Shown: positions 20,368 to 31,227, counted from the first letter of the stretch. The stretch: 64,000 nucleotides of DNA from Candidatus Hadarchaeum sp. (GCF_049969415.1 NZ_JBMFOX010000002.1:32001-96000); one strand, 5' to 3'. Notes: generated from the letters alone by a model not told the origin. Numbers and translations: made by a program.

Positions 20368-21606
20368 TTGCCCTTTTCAGAGCTCAGATGTCTCCGGTGT
20401 GGAAAGGTGCATCGGCCAGCTAAGAATCTCTACGTCTGCGAGAAGTGCGGCGGGAAGCTTGAGGTGATTTATGATTATCAGGTTATTGCAGAGAGTGTCA
20501 GCAAAAAGGAGCTGGTCAAAAGAAAGGGAGGGGTTTGGAAATATTTTGAGTTGTTGCCTTTGATGAATAGAAAAAACATCGTCTCGCTTGGAGAGGGAGG
20601 CACGCCGCTGATTCTGGCGAAAAATCTGGCAAAGGAGCTGAAGATGAAGCAGCTGTACCTAAAGGATGAGACTAGGAACCCGACCTCCTCGTTCAAGGAT
20701 CGGCCCATGAGTGTGGGGGTGTCGAAGGCGGTGGAGTTTGGTGCCCGCGCGGTGGTCTGCGCTTCAAGCGGCAATGCTGCCATAGCTCTCTCCGCATATG
20801 CGGCCAAGGCGGGGATCAAATGTCACGCCTTTGTTCCCGCTGGTGCCCCGGAGAGCAAAGTGGCCCAGTTGCTGATGCACGGAGCCCACGTCGTCCAGCC
20901 CCAGGCGACCGGAGAAGGGGACCCGACCTATAGACTCATGTGTGAGGCTTGGAGAAAGTTCGGCTGGCATCCGATACCTAGTGGGGGGGCCTTTAACCCC
21001 TACCAACCTGAGGGCTCGAAGACGATTTCCTATGAAGTTTGCGAACAACTGGATTGGCAAGCACCTGACTGGGTAATTGTTCCCACCGGTGCCGGCACGC
21101 TTCTTTCCGGTACTGCTAAGGGCTATTTTGAGTTCGAAGAGATGGGGCTGATAAAAGAAGTGCCTAGGCTCGTCGCGGTTCAGGCAGAAGGCTGTGCACC
21201 CATCGTCAAGGCGTTCAGGGAAGGCACACTGCCTTATGAGATACCTACGTGGCCCAATCCGAAGACAGTTGCGGGCGGGTTGGTCGATCCCTATCCTTGG
21301 GACGCCGACACGGCAATCCCTGCGATTAAGCGTTCAAATGGTACTGCCGAGGCCGTCAGCGACGCAGAAATACTAGAAGCTGTTAAGCGCTTGGCTAGAA
21401 GCGAGGGAATCTTCGCCGAGCCCTCCGGCGCTGCAGGTTTGGCGGGATTGATTAGATTACTGGACAAAGGCGTCATCTCCTCGTCTGACGTGGTCGTGGT
21501 TGAGATCACGGGCGGAGGTCTCAAGGACGTGGCCACAGCATTGAAGGTGGTTGAGAAACCGATAACGATAGAGCCAAAGCTGGAACAGTTGGAAAATCTG
21601 TTGTAA
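20368..21606 (+). CDS. thrC: Threonine synthase
   Basis: N-terminal CxxC/CxxC, SLGEGGTPL, NPTSSFKDR, ASSGNA, FAEPSGA; GGAGGTG SD before TTG. Confidence 0.85.
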   Translation: MPFSELRCLRCGKVHRPAKNLYVCEKCGGKLEVIYDYQVIAESVSKKELVKRKGGVWKYFELLPLMNRKNIVSLGEGGTPLILAKNLAKELKMKQLYLKDETRNPTSSFKDRPMSVGVSKAVEFGARAVVCASSGNAAIALSAYAAKAGIKCHAFVPAGAPESKVAQLLMHGAHVVQPQATGEGDPTYRLMCEAWRKFGWHPIPSGGAFNPYQPEGSKTISYEVCEQLDWQAPDWVIVPTGAGTLLSGTAKGYFEFEEMGLIKEVPRLVAVQAEGCAPIVKAFREGTLPYEIPTWPNPKTVAGGLVDPYPWDADTAIPAIKRSNGTAEAVSDAEILEAVKRLARSEGIFAEPSGAAGLAGLIRLLDKGVISSSDVVVVEITGGGLKDVATALKVVEKPITIEPKLEQLENLL

Positions 21607-21727
21607 AAGATTTGGGATTAGACGCAGGATTTGAAATCAGTTCCATATCTTAAGGAGCATGAGACCGCCCTTTCTTTTTCTCGTGTGCGGAGGTGTATCG
21701 TCCTCTTCCGAGTAGCTGAAATGCCGT

Positions 21728-24565
21728 TCAGGCGTCCCAAAAGCGCCTGGTGCGGGAATAAATTCTTTCCGCTTGGAGTATGGCTCGGTAAAATTTTTCA
21801 TCCGATGGGTTGTTGCGGAGAATTCTGGTCGCCGTCTGCGGCCCGATGCCACGGCCGGAGAGAGCGATTATCGCCCGTTTACCATAGGTCAGGACCAAGT
21901 TCGCGGCTTGAAAAGCCTTCTTCAATAGGCGTTCCTCCTCCTTGTTGAGCTTTTTTCCAGCAGCTTGCTTTCTTATTGCCGATAAAACCAAATTGCTCTC
22001 TCTTGGCAGCACGGTGATCAGCTTGGCCCCGCACTTCTTGCAGACGGGCGGATCCTGAACGCGGCCGACGCGGGTGGTAGCAGACCAGCCATTGCAGTTA
22101 AGGCAGTAAAGCCTGACGACCTGCTGGTCCAAGCGACGCATTAGCGCACGGACAATCTCACGTTCCGCTCGCTTGGGTAGGATTAATTCACCACCCGAGA
22201 TTTCGTTCAGAACGGGCCAAGCCAACGGTGTCGGGCTTTCGCCGCTAAACGTGGAAATCCTGATTTTTCCGGATTGCAGCAGCCTGAATATTTCCACTGT
22301 TTTCTCGGCGTCCAATTTCTCGATCATCGTCTCCTTTAGGGCTTCTTCATAAATTGGCGTGCCTTCAAAATGTTTCACTAGACGGCGTAGGTTTATCTGG
22401 CCTAGTTCCGCGTCCCTCTTTATTGCCCCGAATCTCTTCGCTACCTGCACCAGACGCCAGCGGAAAATGGAGCTGTCTTTTAAGGTTATTTTCAGGAGTG
22501 GCAACAGGTAATCCGGTTTCAGTTCCGTGATAATATTCTTAACGAGATTTGGATCGGCTTCAATCGGCAACTTGAAGGCGATTCGGTAGGGGTCAACTTT
22601 AACCGCGACGCTCGCCCCAATTCTAGCCGTCAGCAAGGCCGCAATCACCAGCGCCAGGGTCTGATTGACGAGGCTGCCGAAGCAGGCGTGCAGGACCAAG
22701 AAATTCTCGCTGGTTTCAATAAGTAGCAAATCATGGCAGGGGACCGCTCCTGAGGTGACCTGCTCGCTGACCTGTTCCACCAACCAACCCGCCGCTGGTT
22801 CGTTTACGGGATATTCTCGGCAAAGTGTTGCGACTATCTCTTCGAAGTTTTTACCCTCCTTGAGAAGTTGGGAGATTTTTGATCGGAGCGAACCGACCTC
22901 AAAAGCGACTTCAAATGGAACCGGGATTAGTTCTCCCTCCCAAGCAGGGATGGCTCCGAGAAGGTCGTTGCTGGGCTCAACTAGAACCTGTCTCCGTTCA
23001 TCGTCAATCTCGATTATCCTCCAGACTTCGCCCTTCATTATGAAATTTAAATCCTGAACACCACAGGAGGCGACGAATTCCTCATCTAAGGAACCAACGG
23101 TTTTTCTGGAGGCGATGTCCTTTATAGTGTAGCGCCGGGTGTCCGGTATCATCGACAAATTGGTGAAATAATAAGAAAATCCGGGCCGGCGGAGGCTGAA
23201 GCTATCTTTTTCCAACCGCACCATACCTTCGGAGCCAAGCTGTCTCAGGACAAGTTGGGCGGAATCGACGTCTAGATCTCGGTAAGGCTGAGCTTTCCTT
23301 AACAACGTGACCGTCTCTTCGATATTACTCCTGCCTTGGTCTAAGGAGATCCCAACCAATTGGTGGGCCAGCACGTCCAGCGCCAGAAAGTGGAATTTCT
23401 CCAACTCCAGTTCACCTAACATGGCCTTCTTGCCGATGACCATCGCCTCAGCAATGTCATCCGGGTTGGCTGCAATTACGATTCCCTCGGAAATGGCCTC
23501 CGCACGGTGACCTGAGCGTCCTACCCTCTGGACCAGTCTGACCACCTGTCGCGGTGACATGTACTGTATAACCAAGTCTACCGCCCCGATGTCTATTCCA
23601 AGTTCCATAGAGGAGGTGCAGATGAGACCCTTCAAACGGCCGCTACGGAATCCCTCCTCGGCCTCTATTCTGATATCCCTGGCTAAGGAGCCATGATGGA
23701 TGCCTACCTTCAGCGATGGGTCCAGTAGTTTTAACCGAGATCCTAGCGTTTCCGCCGTCTCCCTCGTGTTGACGAAGATCAGGACTGAACGATATTTGTT
23801 AATTAGTTCATGGAGTCTTCTCAGCCTAGCCGCCATCGTAGGTTCTACATAGAGACGTTCCGCAAGAGCAACGTCATCTTTGGAGGGGATTGGGCTCTCA
23901 ACTTTAATTTTAATCTCCTTCTCCATTGAGGCGTCTATAATCTCTACGTGGCGATTCGAGCCGGCTAAAAACCTTGCTACCTCGTCTTTTGAACCAACAG
24001 TGGCCGAGAGTCCAATGCGCTGGAACTCTCCAGCGATTTTAGCGAGTCGTTCCAGACCTACGGCAAGCTGAACACCTCGTTTGTCCGGGGCCAGCTCGTG
24101 TATTTCATCTACAATTACCCAGCGCACGGCTTTCAGGTGCTTTCCAATAATTTTGCCCGGGATTATGGCTTGAAGAGTTTCCGGCGTCGTGATTAGCATA
24201 TTTGGTGGTTCAATTGTCTGCTGCTGTCGTTCACCAGCCGTTGTATCCCCGTGCCTGACTGCAAGGGTAATCCCTAAATTCTTGCAGAGGCGCATAAGCC
24301 TCTTGAGCATGTCCCTGTTAAGCGCCCGCAGCGGCGCGATGTAGAGTATCTCGATTCCGGCATCTCGTTTCTGTGAGAGGTGGAGGCTGAACACCGGAAA
24401 AATGGCGGCCTCGGTTTTTCCGGTCCCCGTGGGCGCAATTAACAGCACATTTTTTCCGCTTAGAATCGCGGGGATGGCCAGCTCCTGAGGCTTGGTTGGG
24501 CTGTTTATACCCAGTTCCCGGATTGCCAGCCTTACGGGCTCCATCATTTGGGAAAAAACATCCAT
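21728..24565 (-). CDS. Lhr-like SF2 DEAD/DEAH helicase
   Basis: APTGTGKT, PLRALNRD, TTPETL, DEIHE, LSAT, HHGSL, ELGIDIG, QRVGRSGH; C-terminal Zn finger and GRGIGP. Confidence 0.92.
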   Translation of the reverse strand: MDVFSQMMEPVRLAIRELGINSPTKPQELAIPAILSGKNVLLIAPTGTGKTEAAIFPVFSLHLSQKRDAGIEILYIAPLRALNRDMLKRLMRLCKNLGITLAVRHGDTTAGERQQQTIEPPNMLITTPETLQAIIPGKIIGKHLKAVRWVIVDEIHELAPDKRGVQLAVGLERLAKIAGEFQRIGLSATVGSKDEVARFLAGSNRHVEIIDASMEKEIKIKVESPIPSKDDVALAERLYVEPTMAARLRRLHELINKYRSVLIFVNTRETAETLGSRLKLLDPSLKVGIHHGSLARDIRIEAEEGFRSGRLKGLICTSSMELGIDIGAVDLVIQYMSPRQVVRLVQRVGRSGHRAEAISEGIVIAANPDDIAEAMVIGKKAMLGELELEKFHFLALDVLAHQLVGISLDQGRSNIEETVTLLRKAQPYRDLDVDSAQLVLRQLGSEGMVRLEKDSFSLRRPGFSYYFTNLSMIPDTRRYTIKDIASRKTVGSLDEEFVASCGVQDLNFIMKGEVWRIIEIDDERRQVLVEPSNDLLGAIPAWEGELIPVPFEVAFEVGSLRSKISQLLKEGKNFEEIVATLCREYPVNEPAAGWLVEQVSEQVTSGAVPCHDLLLIETSENFLVLHACFGSLVNQTLALVIAALLTARIGASVAVKVDPYRIAFKLPIEADPNLVKNIITELKPDYLLPLLKITLKDSSIFRWRLVQVAKRFGAIKRDAELGQINLRRLVKHFEGTPIYEEALKETMIEKLDAEKTVEIFRLLQSGKIRISTFSGESPTPLAWPVLNEISGGELILPKRAEREIVRALMRRLDQQVVRLYCLNCNGWSATTRVGRVQDPPVCKKCGAKLITVLPRESNLVLSAIRKQAAGKKLNKEEERLLKKAFQAANLVLTYGKRAIIALSGRGIGPQTATRILRNNPSDEKFYRAILQAERIYSRTRRFWDA

Positions 24566-24612
24566 TTTATTCAGCTCAAACGATGTATTTAATTGAAGTT
24601 ATAAATCAAACG

Positions 24613-25140
24613 ATGTTGATCCAGATGTGTGAGAATAAACCGCTGAAGTTGCCCGAAAATTTGCGTCCGAGACTTCAGTCCCCGCTAGGTCGGTTGTTTA
24701 CTCATATTACCGATGTTTTTTACCACATCCAGAAGGTTAGGCCTACCCGGTTGATTACTGTTGGCGACATGGTAACCTCTTGCTTTCTTAGCGCTGGATT
24801 TAAGCCCGACATCGCCGTGGTGGATTTAACCCTAATGAGGTCTCCGGTCAACGAGAAGATCAAATCTCTAATAGATTCTTTTGAGGCCAACGTGGTTAAA
24901 GTCGAAAATCCTGCCGCCACGATAACTCCGGAGCTTTGGCGGGCGCTGGAGTCAGCAAAATCTCCCACCAAGATAATCGTGGTTGGTGAGGAGGATCTCG
25001 CCACCATTCCTGCGGTCCTCACTTCGCCTGATGGGTCGGTTGTGGTATACGGGCAACCTAGACAAGGGGTTGTTTTAGTTGAGGTCGATGAAAAAAAGCG
25101 TCAAGAGTTTCGTGAGATTCTGAGCCATTTTGTGAGGTGA
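24613..25140 (+). CDS. GTP-dependent dephospho-CoA kinase (DUF359)
   Basis: LITVGDMVT, VENPAATIT, VGEEDLA, VVYGQPRQG; usual neighbour of rps24e. Confidence 0.88.
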   Translation: MLIQMCENKPLKLPENLRPRLQSPLGRLFTHITDVFYHIQKVRPTRLITVGDMVTSCFLSAGFKPDIAVVDLTLMRSPVNEKIKSLIDSFEANVVKVENPAATITPELWRALESAKSPTKIIVVGEEDLATIPAVLTSPDGSVVVYGQPRQGVVLVEVDEKKRQEFREILSHFVR

Positions 25141-25237
25141 TTAGGACTATCGGCTGGCTCTACTATGGTGCCTCAGGCCAAATAATTTAAAACGTTGAGT
25201 TTATTTTAGTATAGCCTTATTGAAGAAAGGGATGAAA

Positions 25238-25594
25238 ATGAAAGTTGAAGTGATCAAGAGGACAGAAAACCCATTGCTTAAACGGGTCGAGGTTGAGTTT
25301 AGAATAGATCACGCCGGAGCACCGACACCAAGGCGACTTGAGGTCAAGTCGCAGTTAGCCGCCCTGCTGGGAACGTCCGAAGACCTCTTGGTAATCGAGA
25401 GGTTGACCAGCACGCACGGCCGCCAGATGGCAACAGGTGTGGCGCGGGTTTACAACACGCGCGAGCAACTGGAGGCGATGGAGCCCAAGTATTTGTTAAA
25501 GCGCGGATTGCCTAAGGAGGAAAAGGCCGCTGAGGCTAAGCCGGAGAAAAAGGCGCCGCCGGCAAAAAGTGAGTCAGGTAAAGGAGAGGGTTAA
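25238..25594 (+). CDS. rps24e: 30S ribosomal protein S24e
   Basis: [30 protein letters not shown]. Confidence 0.93.
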   Translation: MKVEVIKRTENPLLKRVEVEFRIDHAGAPTPRRLEVKSQLAALLGTSEDLLVIERLTSTHGRQMATGVARVYNTREQLEAMEPKYLLKRGLPKEEKAAEAKPEKKAPPAKSESGKGEG

Positions 25595-25596
25595 CT

Positions 25597-25764
25597 ATGG
25601 GTAAGAAGGTTAAGGCATCGAAATCAAAGCTCTACAAGTTGGATGGAAAATCGGTTAAGCGTCAGAGACCTCAGTGCCCCCGCTGTGGGCCGGGAGTTTT
25701 TATGGCGGACCACAAAAACCGATGGTCCTGCGGCAAATGCGGGTACACGGATTTTAAGAAGTGA
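25597..25764 (+). CDS. rps27ae: 30S ribosomal protein S27ae (not in the ORF track)
   Basis: Translates to [55 protein letters not shown]; follows rps24e. Confidence 0.95.
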   Translation: MGKKVKASKSKLYKLDGKSVKRQRPQCPRCGPGVFMADHKNRWSCGKCGYTDFKK

Positions 25765-27046
25765 TTTCTATCTTTGTGCCGAGGAGTTCACCGGCCGATT
25801 TCTGCAGAACATTCTTCTTAGAAACCAGCTCCTCGAGCATATCTCTGATTTTACTTTCGAGCTGTTCAATGGCATGCAGGGATTCCTTTCGCTCCTCTTC
25901 CAGCTTTTCTATCAGGTTTTCAAGTTTAACAACTTCTTCAAATAAGGGATTTTCGGAATCCCTTTTCATATTTTCAGCATTTTCCATCAGCATAGCTAGG
26001 TTCTTCTTGACTTCCTTTAACCTAGAGGGCAGAGAATGTGCTGCGGCTTCTAGGTTTTTCATTTCTCGTTTGTCTAGACCTATCTTACCACAACCGGCGA
26101 GTTCGAGAGTTCTCCGAAGAAGTTTATCAAAAGCGTTTAGGTTATCTTCTGAGGAGATTAGCTCTCCAGGTTCGTTTATGCAAATTTCCAGTATCTTCTC
26201 TAATTCAGGAACCGTCTGAAGTTCACCAGCCTTTAAGCTCTTTTCCAGCTTTCGGAATGGACGGTTTAGCTCGGAAATCAAGCAGACGGTACTTTCCCTC
26301 GCTTTGCTTATTTCGTGCCGTGTTCTCTCAAGTTCACCTGCCAAATCAGTTGCCCTTTTGAATTCCGGGCTTACTTTAATCCGAGCGATTTGAGAAGCAA
26401 TTTCGTTGATTTCGATCTCAAGTTTTTTGACTTTATCTTGCAAATGGGCGATGTTCCCTTTGATCCTTTCCATCTCCATTTGGGTCAGCTTATAGGACGA
26501 AATTTCCGAAATCAGTCCATCTAAAGCGTTTATTTCAACGATTATGTGGTTGAGGGTTGGTTGAGTTTGAATGATTAACTCGTTCAGTTTGCGCAGGTGG
26601 AACTCAAACTCAGCGTATTTTTTTCCAAAAACTGCTCGCACATAGCGTCCATGCGCTTTCATCGCATCGGCGATAATGGAGGTCGCTTTCGAAATTTTTT
26701 CGTTGAATTTAAGGAGAGAATCTGCAGTGAACTCTTGCGGGCACTCCATATTGGCGATGGCCCGCGAAATCTTTTCGTAAAAGAGCTTTCTCGCCTCCGT
26801 TGCCGATTTTACCAATCCGTGATGAACCTCGTCCTCTGGCTCCGATTGATAAAGATCTTTCAGGCTAAGAGAAAGCGGGGTACGTATTTTATTAATCTCT
26901 ACAACCAGTGCGGCCAGTTGCGGCTTATTTTTTTCGATTTTTTCCTCCTTCATCCTTGTGGCACGGTTTCGCAGGGAATCTGGGTCTAGCCTTTCCAGAA
27001 CAGGTTCGGGTGGTTGCGGTTTGCTGAAAATTCTCCTCAAGAACAT
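25754..27046 (-). CDS. Hypothetical long coiled-coil protein
   Basis: 430-aa ORF with E/K/L-rich heptads and no ATPase motifs. Confidence 0.7.
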   Translation of the reverse strand: MFLRRIFSKPQPPEPVLERLDPDSLRNRATRMKEEKIEKNKPQLAALVVEINKIRTPLSLSLKDLYQSEPEDEVHHGLVKSATEARKLFYEKISRAIANMECPQEFTADSLLKFNEKISKATSIIADAMKAHGRYVRAVFGKKYAEFEFHLRKLNELIIQTQPTLNHIIVEINALDGLISEISSYKLTQMEMERIKGNIAHLQDKVKKLEIEINEIASQIARIKVSPEFKRATDLAGELERTRHEISKARESTVCLISELNRPFRKLEKSLKAGELQTVPELEKILEICINEPGELISSEDNLNAFDKLLRRTLELAGCGKIGLDKREMKNLEAAAHSLPSRLKEVKKNLAMLMENAENMKRDSENPLFEEVVKLENLIEKLEEERKESLHAIEQLESKIRDMLEELVSKKNVLQKSAGELLGTKIEITS

Positions 27047-27183
27047 TGATACAAATAGTCCTCCAATGTTTTTTTAGTTTATTGCAGCAGTCGCTCATTT
27101 ATGTCGTTGAACCGCGTAAAACTTTGGTTTTAAATCAATTTAAAAACGAAAAAGTTAAATGTTATGTCTTAAGATGTTTAACT

Positions 27184-27606
27184 ATGCATCTTCTAGTGCC
27201 GAGAAACGTACGCTTTGAGTGCCAGCGATGTGCCAGATGCTGTGGTGACACATCGCACCGTGGTAGAAATTTGCTTCTGACCAAGAGTGAGGTGGAAGAG
27301 ATTTCCGAAAGGACCGGCTTGAACCCACTTTCCTTCGCCACGCCCATTTCAAACAAAGGAATTTACCAATACAGGATGAAAAAGCGCGGGGGCAAGTGTA
27401 TTTTTTTAGATGGTAAAGCATGTCGGATTTATGACATCCGCCCCTTGGTTTGTCGTTTTTATCCCTTTTCGGTTTGTAAAAAAGATGAAAAATACGTTTT
27501 CAATTTTGCTGAGGACTGTCCCGGTATTGGTTTGGGCGATGTGGTGGCGGAGGATGTTTTTGAAGAGTTAGTCACCGAGGCGCAGTTTAAATTAAGGACC
27601 AGCTAA
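27184..27606 (+). CDS. YkgJ-family cysteine-cluster (Fe-S/Zn) protein
   Basis: FECQRCARCC, CIFL...CRIYDIRPLVCRFYPF, CPGIG. Confidence 0.88.
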   Translation: MHLLVPRNVRFECQRCARCCGDTSHRGRNLLLTKSEVEEISERTGLNPLSFATPISNKGIYQYRMKKRGGKCIFLDGKACRIYDIRPLVCRFYPFSVCKKDEKYVFNFAEDCPGIGLGDVVAEDVFEELVTEAQFKLRTS

Positions 27607-27628
27607 ATAATTGTTACTGGTGGTTTGA

Positions 27629-27910
27629 ATGAGGGAGGCCCCGATTTACCTAGAAGAAGATGAAGACGATTTCGAGAGTGAGGAAGATCTTTCCATGGAG
27701 ATCAAGAGAAGCGTTGTCGAGTTTGTCGTTAGGAGATTCGGGCTGTACAGTTCAGCTGACATCGCCAAGGCCCTGAACTGGAAGGTCAGAGAAGTCAATC
27801 GGGTTCTGAAGCATCTGGAGTGTTCGGGAAGAGTTAAGCGCGAAAAGATTGGGAAAACCTTCATTTGGATGCCGGTTGAGGAGCGCCACATCAGCCCCAT
27901 GTACTACTAG
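27629..27910 (+). CDS. Small winged-helix DNA-binding protein with acidic N-terminus
   Basis: SSADIAKALNWKVREVNRVLKHLECSGRVKREK. Confidence 0.7.
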   Translation: MREAPIYLEEDEDDFESEEDLSMEIKRSVVEFVVRRFGLYSSADIAKALNWKVREVNRVLKHLECSGRVKREKIGKTFIWMPVEERHISPMYY

Positions 27911-27994
27911 CGCCACTGGGTCAACAATTTTTTGCCCGATTCTAACACCACCCAAACTTATATTTTGTTTCAGTGATTTCTCTAAAGTGATGAC

Positions 27995-28474
27995 ATGGTT
28001 CGCATGGTCGACATAGGGCATAAGGAGGCAGTACCCAGAATGGCCCGGGCCAGCGGCCTTATCCGACTTAAAGCGGAAACCCTGAAAAAAATAGAGGCTA
28101 GGGAAGTCCCGAAGGGAGATGTTCTTGCGGTCGCACAGACGGCGGCGATAATGGCTGTGAAGCGGACAACCGAACTGATTCCACTTACTCACCCCATTCC
28201 GATAACCGGCGTTGACGTTGACCTTAAAATCGAAGAGAACGGTGTCCGTGCCGAGGTGGAGGTAAGGAGCCTCGGGAAGACCGGAGTTGAGATGGAGGCC
28301 TTGGCCGGAGTGATTGGGGCGCTTCTCAGCGTTTGGGATATGGTAAAGGGTTTGGAGAAGGATGAGGCCGGCCAATATCAGACAACTTGCCTCGAGGATA
28401 TTCGCGTGGTCAAGAAGGTGAAAGGTTGGGTTTCGAAGAGCACAGGAAAAAAGCGCCGAAAAAGCTCAGGATAG
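27995..28474 (+). CDS. moaC: Cyclic pyranopterin monophosphate synthase MoaC
   Basis: MVDIGHK, KGDVL, LIPLTHP, KTGVEMEAL, WDMVK. Confidence 0.94.
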   Translation: MVRMVDIGHKEAVPRMARASGLIRLKAETLKKIEAREVPKGDVLAVAQTAAIMAVKRTTELIPLTHPIPITGVDVDLKIEENGVRAEVEVRSLGKTGVEMEALAGVIGALLSVWDMVKGLEKDEAGQYQTTCLEDIRVVKKVKGWVSKSTGKKRRKSSG

Positions 28475-28941
28475 CCGTGTTGGTGGTCAGCGACACGAGA
28501 TCGGCGGCAATGGCGAAGGGATTGGATGAGGATATCTCGGGCAAGATCATCGTACAGAAGGCTCGCGAGGCCGGCCACGAGGCGGTGAGGACGATAGTCC
28601 CCGATGAAAAGGTAAAGATTCGCCGGGCCGTGACGGGGTTCGTGTCCGATGCCAGAATTGACGCGATAATAATTACCGGAGGCACGGGAGTCGCGCGGAG
28701 AGACGTAACAATTGAAACAGTGGCTCCGCTCTATGATAAGGAGCTCCCCGGCTTTGGAGAGATTCTTCGCAGGGTCGGCTATGATATGGTGGGAACACCT
28801 GCTTTGCTCACACGGGCCTCCGCAGGCATCATTAAGGGAAAACCAGTATTCTGCCTGCCTGGGGCACCAAACGCGGTTGAGACGGGCATGGGCATAATTC
28901 TTCCTGAACTGGGGCACATCATCAAGCATGCACGTGAGTAA
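28426..28941 (+). CDS. moaB: Molybdopterin adenylyltransferase MoaB/MogA family
   Basis: VVSDTR, DISG, IVPDE, TGGTG...RDVT, LPGFGE, TRASAG, LPGAP; AAGGTG SD 5 nt before TTG 28426. Confidence 0.9.
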   Translation: MGFEEHRKKAPKKLRIAVLVVSDTRSAAMAKGLDEDISGKIIVQKAREAGHEAVRTIVPDEKVKIRRAVTGFVSDARIDAIIITGGTGVARRDVTIETVAPLYDKELPGFGEILRRVGYDMVGTPALLTRASAGIIKGKPVFCLPGAPNAVETGMGIILPELGHIIKHARE

Positions 28942-28942
28942 G

Positions 28943-30178
28943 ATGTCAGTCAGGATGCGCGGGTTCTCCCAGTACACTAGGCTTTCGGAGGCGCTCAAGG
29001 TAATACTCTCGAAAGTTCAACCGCTCGATCCGGAAAGCATACCTCTGGAAAAAGGATTAGGAAGCGTTCTAGCCGAGGACATTGTTTCCGAAGTGGATAT
29101 TCCTCCATTTGACCGTTCCGCTGTCGATGGCTACGCAGTCAGGGCGGAGGATACCTTTGGGGCCAGCGCACAAAAGCCAGTAGAACTACGCGTGGTCGGC
29201 TCCGTTGAAATCGGCGTTCCGCCAAAGATTGGTCTGAAAAAAGGCGAGGCAGCGAAAATAATGACCGGCGCCGTGATGCCGCGCGGCTCTGACGCCGCGG
29301 TGATGGTTGAGAATACTAAGTTGGATGGTACTAGGCTTAAGGTTTTCGCGCCTGTAACCCCAGGTAAGAACGTCTCCGCCAGGGGTGAGGATGTCCGCGC
29401 TGGCGAGATCGCTTTGGCAAAGGGGCAGCTGCTCCGCCCGCCAGAGATAGGATTGTTGGCGGCGATGGGCAAGTTAAGGATAAAAGTCGTTAGAAGACCT
29501 GTGGTCGGTGTCTTAGCCACAGGCAGTGAGCTGGTCGAGCCTGGGAAAAAACCGCCCCCAGCTAAGTTGGTCAACGCAAACACCCATTCATTATCTGCAT
29601 GCGTTCAGAGCTGTGGCGCTGTGCCTAAGAGTTTAGGGATTGCTCCAGATGATCCTGAAGTTATCAAGACGATTCTACGCCGAAGCACTGTTTACGATAT
29701 GGTCATCGTTTCTGGTGGCAGTTCCGTGGGGGAGAAGGATCTGGTTCCCGATGCCATAGCCGAAACCGGTGAATTGCTTTTTCACGGAGTGGCAGCTCGA
29801 CCCGGGAGCCCCTCGGGTTTTGGAATCGTTCGGGGAAAACCGGTTTTCGCTCTTTCAGGTTTCCCAGCGGCAGCGCTCGTGGGATTTGAGCTTCTGGTCA
29901 GACCGGCCCTTCTGGCGATGCAGTGTTTGCCGCCGGATTACGGTCGTTGCCGCATCCATGCTAAGCTGGCGCGCAAAGTTAGCTCCACCTTGGGTCGGCT
30001 GGAGGTGGTAAGAGTTAGCTTAAGGAGGGATAAGGGGGCAATTTTGGCCGAACCGATAGCGATAACGGGCTCCAGCGCTTTCAGCTCCCTGACCCGGGCC
30101 GATGGGTATGTCATGGTGCCGGAAAACGTTGAGAGGCTTGAGGCAGGGCAAGAGGTCGAGGTGGTGCTGTACTCTTAG
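28943..30178 (+). CDS. moeA: Molybdopterin molybdenum/tungsten transferase MoeA (paralogue 1)
   Basis: PPFDRSAVDGYAV, IMTGAVMP, TGSEL, SGGSSVG.KD. Confidence 0.92.
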   Translation: MSVRMRGFSQYTRLSEALKVILSKVQPLDPESIPLEKGLGSVLAEDIVSEVDIPPFDRSAVDGYAVRAEDTFGASAQKPVELRVVGSVEIGVPPKIGLKKGEAAKIMTGAVMPRGSDAAVMVENTKLDGTRLKVFAPVTPGKNVSARGEDVRAGEIALAKGQLLRPPEIGLLAAMGKLRIKVVRRPVVGVLATGSELVEPGKKPPPAKLVNANTHSLSACVQSCGAVPKSLGIAPDDPEVIKTILRRSTVYDMVIVSGGSSVGEKDLVPDAIAETGELLFHGVAARPGSPSGFGIVRGKPVFALSGFPAAALVGFELLVRPALLAMQCLPPDYGRCRIHAKLARKVSSTLGRLEVVRVSLRRDKGAILAEPIAITGSSAFSSLTRADGYVMVPENVERLEAGQEVEVVLYS

Positions 30179-30180
30179 GA

Positions 30181-31227
30181 TTAGATAAGCGGCTTGAGTT
30201 CCGGCGAGGATTGGAATACAAATCCCGGCGTGTTTTCCACTTCCCACCATGGAAGCATTTGGTAAAAGATGTTATAGTTACCGAACTGAACTCTCCAAAC
30301 AGGATAGGTTGATACGTTCGTGGTCACTGCGGAGGCTTGGATTTTTGCGTCTGAGGGTATGGCCACGATCAAGTTATCACTGACCTGGCTCCATGTTCTC
30401 GATCTCAGATGTTTGAGCACCGCTTCTGGTGAGTACAGCCAGCCGGTCAGATAAGCGTTGTCTGGTGAGGGACAGGAAATCCAGGAAAAGTTGTCCTTAA
30501 GTTCAACATTTTCCAGAAGTTCCACAACCCACCAGTTTTCGATAGCCCCGACCTTGGTTAGATTTTCCCTGCCTTCGGCGCGATTGATGGTAGTTTCGTC
30601 ACCTTTCCTGATTTTTATCAGAATTGAGTCTGTATTTTCCCACACGTACGATACCACGATGACGTTTTCTCCTGAATGTGATCCCAAGGCGTTGAAGTAG
30701 GCTGCGGCTATGGCAGCGGCCTCTTTGGGAAACTGCTTGGAGAAGTGATAAAATTCGGGGGGCTCGGTGGGGGTGATTTTAACCACTTTTTCCGCCTTGG
30801 CCTCGATCGGTGAGGCGCTGGCGATGATCACATCACCATTGAACATGAAATAGACTTGGCCTCCGGGCGAGAATTTCCCGTCCTCTACAAGAATGGTCGA
30901 GTTAACTACGGCTGAATAAGAGGAACCCGACCTCCTTCCAGCCAAAATGCTCACCACAAAGATGCTGTTTTCCTTTACGCTTATGGAGTAGGTACTGCCC
31001 CCCAAGTACTCGGGTAGATTGATCGAGTGCAGGCCGCCTGATATTGAGGCAAAGGCGGTTTTGGCCAGTTCATCCGCGAGCGATTCAGCCTGCTGGTCAA
31101 CCAAGGCGTTAAGCTGCTGGTCGTAGACAAAAAGGAACAGAGCGGCGAAAAGGATGGCCAGAATTGCGCCGAACAGTATTATCAGAGGAAGGTTGTGAGC
31201 GCCCTTTTCCTCAAGTTTTGCCGACAT
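30181..31227 (-). CDS. Hypothetical surface protein with possible class III (pilin-like) signal peptide
   Basis: N-terminus MSAKLEEKG|AHNLPLIILFGAILAILF followed by a beta-rich domain. Confidence 0.55.
   Translation of the reverse strand: MSAKLEEKGAHNLPLIILFGAILAILFAALFLFVYDQQLNALVDQQAESLADELAKTAFASISGGLHSINLPEYLGGSTYSISVKENSIFVVSILAGRRSGSSYSAVVNSTILVEDGKFSPGGQVYFMFNGDVIIASASPIEAKAEKVVKITPTEPPEFYHFSKQFPKEAAAIAAAYFNALGSHSGENVIVVSYVWENTDSILIKIRKGDETTINRAEGRENLTKVGAIENWWVVELLENVELKDNFSWISCPSPDNAYLTGWLYSPEAVLKHLRSRTWSQVSDNLIVAIPSDAKIQASAVTTNVSTYPVWRVQFGNYNIFYQMLPWWEVENTPGFVFQSSPELKPLI

Noticed and set aside
25643-25945. 100-aa ORF from the track
   Set aside because: It is a shadow frame; the real gene here is rps27ae at 25597-25764
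28387-28474. Programmed frameshift producing a MoaC-MoaB fusion
   Set aside because: moaB has its own AAGGTG SD and TTG at 28426, so a simple 49-nt overlap explains the arrangement
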